A stretch of 64,000 bases of DNA from Paecilomyces variotii (Eukaryota). The position numbers were made by a program, and so were the translations under genes. Below, piece by piece: positions 42,098 through 51,836 of the stretch. The stretch's first letter is position 1. The number at the start of each line of letters is the position of its first letter. The notes beneath the pieces are model-generated. The model saw only the letters and a program-made list of their open reading frames with translations, made no database searches and was not told the DNA's origin. The DNA lies in the NCBI GenBank assembly GCA_004022145.1, contig RCNU01000001.1. One strand, 5' to 3'.

Positions 42098-42517
42098 CGC
42101 GTATTTGGTTCAATATTCTCCGGGACAGACACTGCGCCTCAAAGCTGGTACAAGCTAATTCTACTAAAAGGACTTGGCATACATCTCTGTGCCCTTTGCC
42201 ATCGGAATTTTGACGATTTTTACGACCCAGGCTTTGTCCCGACCGATATCGAATGGTTTAAGAAGTACGAAGAATTAGACAAGGTTCGGAGGCCAGAACA
42301 GTATAACCGGCATCATAGTCGGGTCAAGAGGAAGTGCCCTGCAAAGGAAGAAAAAACACTTCTTTTGGTTGTAAACAGCGGCAGAAGCCTTATTGTCTGT
42401 CGGATCCGGCAAGGGTTGAGATTTTTGCGGCGACTGCTATGTTTTATGCTATCTATATTGGTTCGGGATTTTAGAACAACCCCTGACCCTGAAAAGCTGT
42501 CTGGAACCCTTAGATAA
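42098..42517 (+). pseudogene. Relic of a fungal HNH-endonuclease-like gene
   Basis: Stop-to-stop frame with no ATG upstream of the motif, reading GIHLCALCHRNFDDFYDPGFVPTDIEWFKKYEELDKVRR. LCxxCHxxFD resembles the distal half of an HNH motif. Confidence 0.45.
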
Positions 42518-43690
42518 TATCCTGTATTTGGGTGGGATTATGCCGCATGCCGGAGAGCTACACAGCTCGAATCCCAACCCCAGGCGCTGACCTTGTGACT
42601 GAGATCCTCGTTGGTTTCACGATTGATTACAGATTTACCTTTCCACGAAGTAAATCACCAGTACCACTTGATGCAGAGAACAATGTCGCTGAACGAGTGA
42701 CGAGTATTAAATGATCAAGTACGACATAAAAAGTAACGCTATATCCCGAATGACAGAATTCTCGGTGCCAATATACAATCTCCAAGGATCTGTTGTGTTT
42801 TTAAGAGGATGGCTAGGATATTTCCAGCATGTACCTTTATGAGCTTCTATAGCGCTGTAGCCACCCAACCTCAGATAGTATGCCTATACCAACCGAACGT
42901 AAATCCTATTTACTTAGGCTCGCCCAAAGAAAGCAGGTGAAGAAGTCCACGTTTCTCCAGGTCTTGACAGAGTTCCTTTTTAGAAACAAATCCCTCTCCC
43001 GGGAGGATTGGATTCGCCTTATCACAGCTTTCGCCATTGGGCTTAGCGGTTGTCGCCTCGCTGTCGGTGCGAGATACGACTGACAGTCATAGGCCATCGG
43101 ATAATGGGAATTGTTTCGATGGGGGTTCTCGCTTCATCGTCTCTATAACCCGGAAGTTATGCAACTCCTCTAGAGACAATGTCTCTTGATTCTCACAGGC
43201 TACCTTCGAGACCTCGTATCTTATCGAAAAATCGCCATTGGTAATTGAGGACCTCGTGTTCAACGATGATTTATATCAACCCGGGTCGGTTCGCCGCTTC
43301 CTTTTGTTTTGTTTTGTTTATTTATACTACAGGAAAACATTTGTATAGAGATAATGAAATCAGTTGACCTCGCAATGCGACAAGTCTAAAATCTCAAATA
43401 TGCCCCTCTTTAGATCCGCCGTGTTCTTATGGGTGGTGATCTTCCTCTTGGCATAGATTAAGTTCGATGACGAGCTTGCTCATGTCCATTGTATCATGCA
43501 GCAAGGTGACTCGTGTTATTCATGAGTTTTATCACGAGCTCGACGCTCTTGATGGCGTCATGTCAGAAAATCCATTCTATTGTCTATTGTATTGTCTACA
43601 CCCCTGTTCTTTAACTTGCTTGCCACTGCTGTTGTATATGCGTTGTGTGTGTCTGAGTTAGATTCGTTACCACGTTCCTTGTCGATAATA

Positions 43691-45669
43691 ATGGCTGCTC
43701 GAATTGAAGGTTCAATTGAAGACCGCGCTGTTGGTGTTCTAGGTATGTACTGTACATACATACATCTTGGACAATCTCTCTATCACCGTTTGTATTCTAC
43801 GATTACTAACTGTATCGTTCAGGTGGTGGTCAATATGGCCGATTGCTCAGCGAAGCCGCGAGTCGACTGTCTATACCCGTTCTGGCCCTTGATCCCTCCC
43901 CAGCAGCTCCCACCAAGCAGATCAGCGCCGCATCTCTCCTCAACTCGTCTCTTACACATGTTGATGGCTCTTACACCAATCCAAACGACATTCATTCTCT
44001 AGCTGAGCGAGTCGATGTCCTCACAGTCGAGATCGAGCATGTGGACGTACAGGCACTCTTCCAGATCCGTGACAAATATTCCACCACTGGCGGTAACTTA
44101 GGAAAAGGCATCGAGATATTCCCGTCTCCAGAAACGATCGCAATTGTTCAAGATAAGTTGCTTCAGAAGCAGCTCTTGAGGAAAGCAGATATTCCAGTTG
44201 CTGATTTCATCGACCTTCCGGATCCAACCGTTGAGAGCGTTTCCCAAGCAGCCAAGACACTTGGCTTGCCACTGCTACTCAAATCTCGCAGGCAAGCTTA
44301 TGACGGTCGAGGGAACTTCTTGATCCGTGATCTTGACGACGTTCAGCTTGGCTTGGACAAACTCAAGGCTCCGCTCTTTGCTGAACGTTACGCGACGAAT
44401 GTTACCCATGAGGTCGTCGTGGTCCTCGTGCGTAATGCTAAAGGCGAAATTCGAAGCTATGGAGCAGTTGAGAATGTTCATGCTGGAAAGATTGGCCATC
44501 TTGTTCGCGCTCCTCTGAGACAGGGAGGAAAAGACGTAGCCATTCGCGCACAATCGATAGCAGAGAAAGTTATCAGTTCACTGCCTGATGGTGCCGTCGG
44601 CGTATTTGGTGTAGAGTTCTTCCTGTTAGATGACGGCAGGTGAACATACGACCCCTGATCATATTAATACTAACATTGGAATGAGCAGGAGCATTATTTG
44701 TCCATGAGATCGCCTCTCGTCCACACAGCTCTGCTCACTATACCGTCGAAGCCTGCGAGACATCGCAATACGAGAACCACCTCCGTGCCATTCTTTCACT
44801 TCCACTTGGCAGTACGGAATTGAAGGCTCTCTCGGCCGCAACGTTAAACCTGCGCAGCACGCCTGAGACCGCTGAAGAAGTTCGTTCCGTCGTCCGCAGG
44901 CTCTTGAGACTCCTGGGGCCACTTTGCACCTATACGGGAAGAAGGAGGCACCAGGAAAAGCCGATTCTCCCAAGGGACGTAAGATCGGCCATATTACTGT
45001 GGTTGGCCCCTCCGATGCGGACGTTAATGATCGCATCCATAAGATCATAGGATCCTTCAACAATGACCCTCTTGTTCCAAAGCCGCTCAAGTCTCATCCG
45101 CTGCCGCTCGTGTCGGTGCTAATGGGCTCCGACTCTGATCTGCCTAGTATCCGCGATGCAGCTCGCATCCTAGATCAGTTCAAGGTGCCATTCGAGACTC
45201 GTATCGTCTCTGCCCATCGTACCCCAACGCTCATGAACGACTTTTGCAAGGAGGCTGCTTCTCGCGGCGTCCGCGTCATTATCGCTGGTGCTGGAGGCGC
45301 TGCCCATCTCCCAGGAATGATAGCATCTGAATCGAACCTGCCCATTATCGGTGTTCCCGTCAAGGGCCCCACGCTTGACGGTGTCGATTCTCTTCATTCT
45401 ATTGTTCAAATGCCGGTAAGTATTATATCATCCCCACGCGGCGAAATTTGGATGGAAGCTGATGTTTGGTCTAGAGAGGAGTTCCAGTCGCTACTGTTGG
45501 AATTAATAATTCCACCAATGCAGCCTTGCTTGCGATCCGCATTCTCGCTATCACTGATCCAAAATATGCCATTGCGATAGAGGAGTACAGAGCGAATATG
45601 GAGCAAGTGGTGCTGCAGAAGGGAGAAAGACTGAATGAGCTTGGCTGGACATTGGATGGTGGGAAATAG
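43691..45669 (+). CDS. ADE2: Divergent ADE2-like PurK-PurE fusion (N5-CAIR synthetase/mutase) with an apparent 1-nt frameshift; possibly a pseudogene or sequencing error
   Basis: [107 protein letters not shown]. Introns 43743-43822, 44636-44688 (GC-AG) and 45416-45474. Frame jump at about 44897. Confidence 0.88.
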
Positions 45670-46061
45670 CCGTAGCTTACGAAAGTAACAAAGAGCACAG
45701 ACTTCAGAGAGAATAATGCCAAAGATTTAGTCTTCCACTAAGTATGTGGGGTAACTATCGAAACAATAGGATCTTTGTCCGGTTAAGCTTCGCCCCAAAA
45801 TATTCGGAAGTATAGGTTAAAAACACGCAATCACTCGTGCCTTCATTGTCACAACAGATCCAATACATGGATCAGAAATAGAATAGTTTTGAACCTAACC
45901 TAACGCTAGAGAGATTCCATTGCAATGATTTGAGAGAAGAGCGGAAATGTTCGTATACAATAGGTTGAGCAGAATTCATTGGTATCTTCGCGAATTCAAA
46001 GTTCGGGATAACATGCTGTCAGAGAATGTTCTAAAATAAACTAGCAGTATCACGACTGTCA

Positions 46062-47607
46062 TTAATTCTTGAACCCATTCACCCCCTCCTTTATCTGCCA
46101 CACGGGCTCATAATACCAGCGCGGCACAGGACGCTCGCTGCGCTCAATAATGTCTTCGAAGTTCTGGTTGACGAGCAGCTTGCCATTTCGGAACACTGGA
46201 CGGAGTAGATTCTCCTCTCCTTCCTTGAGATCCTCCTTTCGGACAGTAGTGTATTCGCCATCGCGGATCACCAGTGCTTGTCTGCCGCGTTTCGAGGTCT
46301 TCGCAGAATCAGACTTTGGCTGCTTATAGATATCTCTCCATTCGCCGTCTATTTGGACTGCGTTCGCCTTCTGAGTGAAGGCAAGCGTGTCACGGTTGAT
46401 GTACTGGAGCAGACCGCCGCCCATGCCCAAGTAAATATTGTCGGCGGATAGGCCGCGACGATCAAGCTCGGCGTAAATTCGCTTCAGAGAGGGAATGGTA
46501 AGGCCATCACCCTGTGCAGCTCGAATGTAGTCTGGAAGGACTTTGTAGCCTTTCGAGTTGGTCGTCGACCCGAACTTCTCAACAAGACCCTCAATCGTCT
46601 CGGAAATCACTGTTGGTGGATCCCCGGAGTCAGGTCGCACTAGGATAACGCTGCCTGGTCACGCGAAGTTGATCAGTAATTTGCAAGAATATCTAACTAG
46701 TAACTATGGCGCGAGGCCTCGTTATTTGTTGCTTACCACTGTTGATGACCTCATCCTTGAGTTTGGTGCCGAATATCTCCTTGACGGCATTCTCCAAGTC
46801 GTACGAGTCAGATACAGCCACAACGAATGGCCAACCCTTGTACTGTTTTATCAAGTTCGCGTGGGCGTCAACCTCGTGGTCCTTTCCCCATGCCGTTACC
46901 GTCGAGTGTTCCGAGTTAGGTTGGGAAATAGCAGGGTTGAGAGCGTTGTAATAGAGAGTAGCCGCGAGAGATCCGGAGATGGTGTTCGTCTGTCGGAAGT
47001 TGACGAGATGCGCCAGTCCCCCCAGAGCTGCAGACTCTTGGGAACTCACTCCACGAGCACCATAGTCTTGCAAGACGTCTCGAAGGATTTCCGGGTGATC
47101 CGAGGTCTTCTCCAGTGCTTCGCGGATGAGCTGCTTTGCAAGCCAACTCGTCGTTCCAACAGAAGTAGAGTACCAGACAGATCGAAGTAGAGCCGTTTCA
47201 ATGAAGCTCGTCACCCAGGGATACTTCGGATCTGTATTGACGATCTGAACGAGGACGTTCTTGATGGGTAAGACCGTCCCCTCGGGAACTGCTTCAATCT
47301 CCACAGGGAGATAGCCGTTGTGCTCATTGACGATCCCAAGCCAACCTTCCCTGTTGAATGGAATTTGATGCTGACGCGTGACAATCTCTGCCTCGTCGAT
47401 ATCATCAATCGTGATCGGGCGGAGCAAGTGCTTTTTGATAAAGGCTTGTAGACCAACGAATAGATGGGCCGGATATTCGCCTCCGCGCGACTCTATGTAA
47501 CTGGAGACATGCGTTGTGTTCGGAGGATAGAGATTCCAGTGCGAATGTTTGTAGGTGTCCGTATTCAGGATGATATTATCGAAGTTGGAGAGTAGTCTGG
47601 GAGACAT
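46062..47607 (-). CDS. Nicotinamide phosphoribosyltransferase (NAMPT/NadV)-like protein, bacterial type, 487 aa
   Basis: TDTYKHSH, YIESRGG, GLQ, FNREGW, EAVPEG, NTDP, ETALLRSVWY, DYGARGVSS, AHLVNF, EHST, SDSYD, RPDSGD, QGDG, GMGGGLLQ..NRDT, SKRGR. Intron 46655-46736 (GTAAGC...TACTGAT...CAG) restores the frame (NSG|SVILVRPDSG). Confidence 0.92.
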
Positions 47608-49218
47608 CTTTCCTATCTAGACAATGTACTTGGAAAAGAATGAGCAGAACCAGTCAGTCTCTTGTGAATAGGGGCAATCTACTGGGAAAAGGTGCTTCTT
47701 CAAATAGTTCATCTTGCTGTCGCATGTTAAACCAAACGTCAACACCATAACTCATGGCGTGACTATAAAGTTCCGAGCGATCGGTGGTGGATAGAATGTC
47801 GTAATACGAAGAGTGCATCAGATCTTCTTTTGCTGATGGGCCTATTGACGCGTTTCATGCGTAGTCTACGAGAGGAAAACATCGTTCCTTCGTCCCTCTC
47901 ACGGAGATTATCGATTTCTATGATGGACAACAATCTGATCTTGATTATGCATAATCCAGATAAACGTATATATGTCTATATAGGGATAGAAATCGTTAGA
48001 TAGTACTGTGATGGAGGCTATAAGGACAGATAGAGTTTGAAGAGAAGCTACTCTACAAACCTTAGAGCATGTGGTCTATAGTATAAGATGCGCAAAAATG
48101 AGAGTAGATACCACGGATTCAATCTTCATAGACCCCGATCCTGGGCGGCAAGATGGGGATGGAGAGCCAACTACGTGGTAGCGTTGCCATGGTAGTTCCC
48201 CAGTGTCGGGAAATTGGAAGTAATTGCTGTCAATCATTGTTTCCACTAAGCTGGTTACCGAGTCAGATGTGCAGCTAGATGATTATCGGACTTGAATCAC
48301 GCCATTCTGCAGCGTTTTCGTGAATGCTTAACTCAGGAAGGTTCGTACTGTAAGGACTCGGCTGTGCAGAACAGTTCCCCTCTCTGTAATAGGTCCTAGT
48401 TTGAAACTAAGCTACTTATCAAATCCCGAGTCAGGAAAACTGTTTGGGAAGATGTAGAGGTTGAATAATCTGGAGATCAAATCACGCAACGTCCCATCGA
48501 GGTTGCGCATCGCTTTCCTATCTATGGCAGAAACAATGGCTTTCTGCAGATAGACTGAACTTTATTGTTTTCCAGATAGGCGATATGTTAATAACAACAA
48601 TTCGTTGAATGACAAATTACATAGAAACCTTGGGAGGCGAGCATGTTACCACGGATCCTTACAGTTAGTAGCTAGGGTATCGCGTGTGTTCCTGGAATTT
48701 TGGTCAAAGTATTCCCAGCCATGATAATGACTTAGAGGAAGTGATCCTATCCGAATTTCTGATCTACGCGCTTTGTTATATGGTCAATTCCCATTAAACA
48801 TTCTGGCGTGGTTGCTGCGAATGTGGAGCGTTCATACAATTCTTTCACTCATCAATATTTCACTTCTTTGTCTGCTGACAGAGTGACATTCTCTGACGAA
48901 TAAGAGGGAAGAATAGCTAGGCAAAGGCATTTCTAGTTTGAAAGATTCGAGATACTCAATGATTTCACTTTCGAGGCTGGATGCTAACAAAGGAGATTCA
49001 CATATTCGGCATACTCATTATTTAACAAAGATATTTCCATTGACGATGGCAGTGAAGCCTTTTGGGGAATGTTCCTACAGCCATTCACGTATCTATCGGT
49101 AGGAGACGACCAGTTCGATTGCTCACGCATGAATTCGAGGGTATAAATTATCCACCTTCTCTGCACTAAATCTAAGAAATCAAGTCCACGAAAAGGTTTG
49201 CCTCCATTTTGTTCCACA

Positions 49219-50109
49219 ATGTCCGACAACATCCAGGATAGGCTTTGTGATGTTCTCGGGGGGTCTTTGTCTCTCCTGGATTCCTTGAAAGGGATACTAC
49301 CATCCATGGAATGGAAACGCAATGTCCGCGTCGGAGATGATGACAGCGCAATTATCATTAGTGCCGGCATCGCGAATAAGTTGACGCTGTGCACTCTCGG
49401 TGATGATTACAGCAACTCCGACATTGCGCGCCATCTTTCTGAGATATACGATTTCCGGTTTGATGAGAAGGTGATAGATGACTATAGAAACCTTAAAGCA
49501 GAGGGCACCGACGAACAGTCCGATATTTCAGGCATTCACTATGATTCTGGTGAGGTCCCAGTCGGACTGCTGAAGAAAGCCCTCGCTCTGGGGAACGAAG
49601 GGTTCAGTATAGAGTTTTGCATCGAGTACTTCCGTGCAAAGTATGGCGTGACCATCTCGCCAAACTCCCTGGAACAGGCTGTCTATGACCTCAGAACTAT
49701 AATCGCCGAGGAAGCAAATCGGTTTGACAACGAAACTCGCGCCGGGCTTGATTCCCTAATCATACACAAGCAAGAGCTCAATGAGGATGGGGCAGGCGTA
49801 TCTGAAGAGTCCCAGCGTTACCTCACCAGATTGTTCGTGGGAGGAATTGCCAATTGTGAAGCCTCGACTCTGAGGTTGTCAGGCGGTCAATTTGCTGAGC
49901 AAGGCTATGCGACCAATGCAAACGACATCGTCCTGAAAAAGCGACAAGATCTTGAGGAAACAATCCGCGCTATTAAATCAGGTCCTAAGCCAAGCATGGT
50001 CACTTCGAACAATAACAATGCTTCCACATCGTCCTCTGAGTTTTCCGACAGACTCGATAGCCTTCGCATGAAGATTGCAAGGTTGATGAAGAGCAAGCAA
50101 GAACGATGA
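49219..50109 (+). CDS. Orphan protein (296 aa), intronless, possible duplicated helix-turn-helix-like unit
   Basis: Long ORF from ATG 49219; no family recognised. Confidence 0.7.
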   Translation: MSDNIQDRLCDVLGGSLSLLDSLKGILPSMEWKRNVRVGDDDSAIIISAGIANKLTLCTLGDDYSNSDIARHLSEIYDFRFDEKVIDDYRNLKAEGTDEQSDISGIHYDSGEVPVGLLKKALALGNEGFSIEFCIEYFRAKYGVTISPNSLEQAVYDLRTIIAEEANRFDNETRAGLDSLIIHKQELNEDGAGVSEESQRYLTRLFVGGIANCEASTLRLSGGQFAEQGYATNANDIVLKKRQDLEETIRAIKSGPKPSMVTSNNNNASTSSSEFSDRLDSLRMKIARLMKSKQER

Positions 50110-50439
50110 TTATCTTGCGCCTGTCGATAGACCGAGGCTGGCAACCAATGGAGCATACACTTCGATGCAAGGTCCGGATCAATTCCGAGTTGACCCCGCG
50201 CGATCGCATATTGTTAGACAGAAAATGAGCAAGAGCAAGAGATATTGCCTTTCTCGGTGTAATGCGCCTCCAGAAGCAATCTGAGAGGTCGATTTGGGTG
50301 CCATTTACGGGCAGGGCGGTATGTACCCGAGAAGCTCAATAAATCCATAATACAATCAATAATTCTTGTCAAAGGTCGCCTGATCCTTGCCTCGTTCATT
50401 TGTATAGTCGTAGTGAGGAAAGTAGTTTAGCGATGTCTG

Positions 50440-51403
50440 TCATCTTGTGGATAGTTCGGGCTGCGATAGTCTTTCGAGTAAGCTCTCAATTCTTCTATTG
50501 CCGCCGGTCATCGCATCCTCGGTCCTCTTGTCTCTACCATGATCCCCAATAATGACAACACGAGCCACTTCGCCGTTATTTGAAATCTTGAATCGCCCGA
50601 CACGTCCATCTTCCCATTCTAGACGTACGTATCTCGCTTCGAGTGAGGTGGGAGACAACGAGATTATACCAAGTTTGTTGGTAGGCACGCCTTCATCGAA
50701 TGACACTGGTTGGGAAGGGTCAGAACGCGGCAATTTGAGTCGTTCTCGCAACCAGTCGATAGCATCCGAGCGTAAGTGCCACGCGACAAGTTCCTGCCTT
50801 AAGTCGCGAACAAACGCAGAAAGGTTCTGTTTCCTCGTCTTTGAAGCTCGTATCTCGTCAACTTCACCATCCGCTCCTCTGGGGACCACGGGTAAATATC
50901 TCTGCTCCAGCTTCTCCATCGAAATAAATGCAGGGATTGTATGACGGTGTACGCGGAGCCGTTTCCCATCACCCTTATCCCGTTTCAGCAGGACATAGTA
51001 CGGTTTGGAAAATCGTCCATCGCGCCTGCAGATATCAATCCTAATCCCCAGCAGATTTCGAGAGTCCGCGTATGGCGATGGATCGGTGAAGGGAAAGGTC
51101 GTGGCTGAGAACGCGATCCGGTGATGGTTAGACTGGCTGTGTTTTCCTGCGCCTAGCACCAACGGGGAGATCTCATGGTTGTCTGCCGGAGATATGTGGT
51201 TCTGGATATGTTTCTGAACGAATTCAGAGGCAAGGAGACTGTTTGAGAGCAATCTTCGTCTCTTCTGCATAGACCTTACTTAAACTCATTGTCAGGATGC
51301 GGTCGCGCAATGTGGATTACAACAACTCACTTTCTTCTCGAATAGCGATTATTTCAGCATCCTCTGTCGCTGTAGAGGCGTCGCTTTGCGGACTCGAGGC
51401 CAT
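50440..51403 (-). CDS. MCM21: Kinetochore protein CENP-O (Mcm21/Mal2)
   Basis: HRIAFSATTFPFTDPSP, LLGIRID, PYYVLL, LRVHRHTIPAFI, WEDGRVGR. First exon 51403-51331, intron 51279-51330. Confidence 0.85.
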
Positions 51404-51836
51404 AATTGCGGGTAAACAGTAAAAGAAACACTACTCTTTCGACAGTTTGCGCCGGCGACAGACGCGCCCCATTTGTTATGGTCGATAAGATAGGAACACG
51501 GGCCATAGGTACCGCACGTGACTTCAATGACACCCTAAAATCAAGGCGTCAAACGCATCCGGATCTCAACTTTGATAGTTCATAGCTTAGGTATCTACAG
51601 AGTTCTTTTAAGGTAGTAAAAGGCGAATAAATATATTGGATATGAGGCCCAAAATCTCTTGATCTGAGAATCACCAAGTTCGGCTCTTCAAATAATTAAG
51701 TAGCCTCAGGAGAGAACCCCAACATAACAATGGTAACAACAAAGACTGCTGCTTCATTTCTTGCATTCTGTCTAGCTGGACCTTTTTCTGTGTTATCAGT
51801 TCTCAATTTGGCCAGGATTTGCTATCTTGCTTTACT

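Noticed and set aside
44812-44899. An intron explaining the ADE2 frameshift
   Set aside because: GTACGG(44812) to CAG(44899) removes conserved coding sequence and leads to a stop; GTTCGT(44880) to CAG would be only 20 nt.
46558-47190. 210-aa plus-strand ORF
   Set aside because: Antisense shadow of the NAMPT-like gene with no recognisable motifs.
46062-47607. Calling this the ordinary fungal nicotinate phosphoribosyltransferase NPT1
   Set aside because: The motifs (DxYKxSH, FNREGW, AHLVNF, EHS, SDSYD, RPDSGD, GGGLLQ..NRDT) belong to the NAMPT/NadV branch, not Npt1/PncB (DLYK, GTxAH, R.DSGD).
46062-47607. Bacterial contamination or chimeric assembly
   Set aside because: The gene has a canonical spliceosomal intron with a branch site and sits among intron-containing fungal genes.
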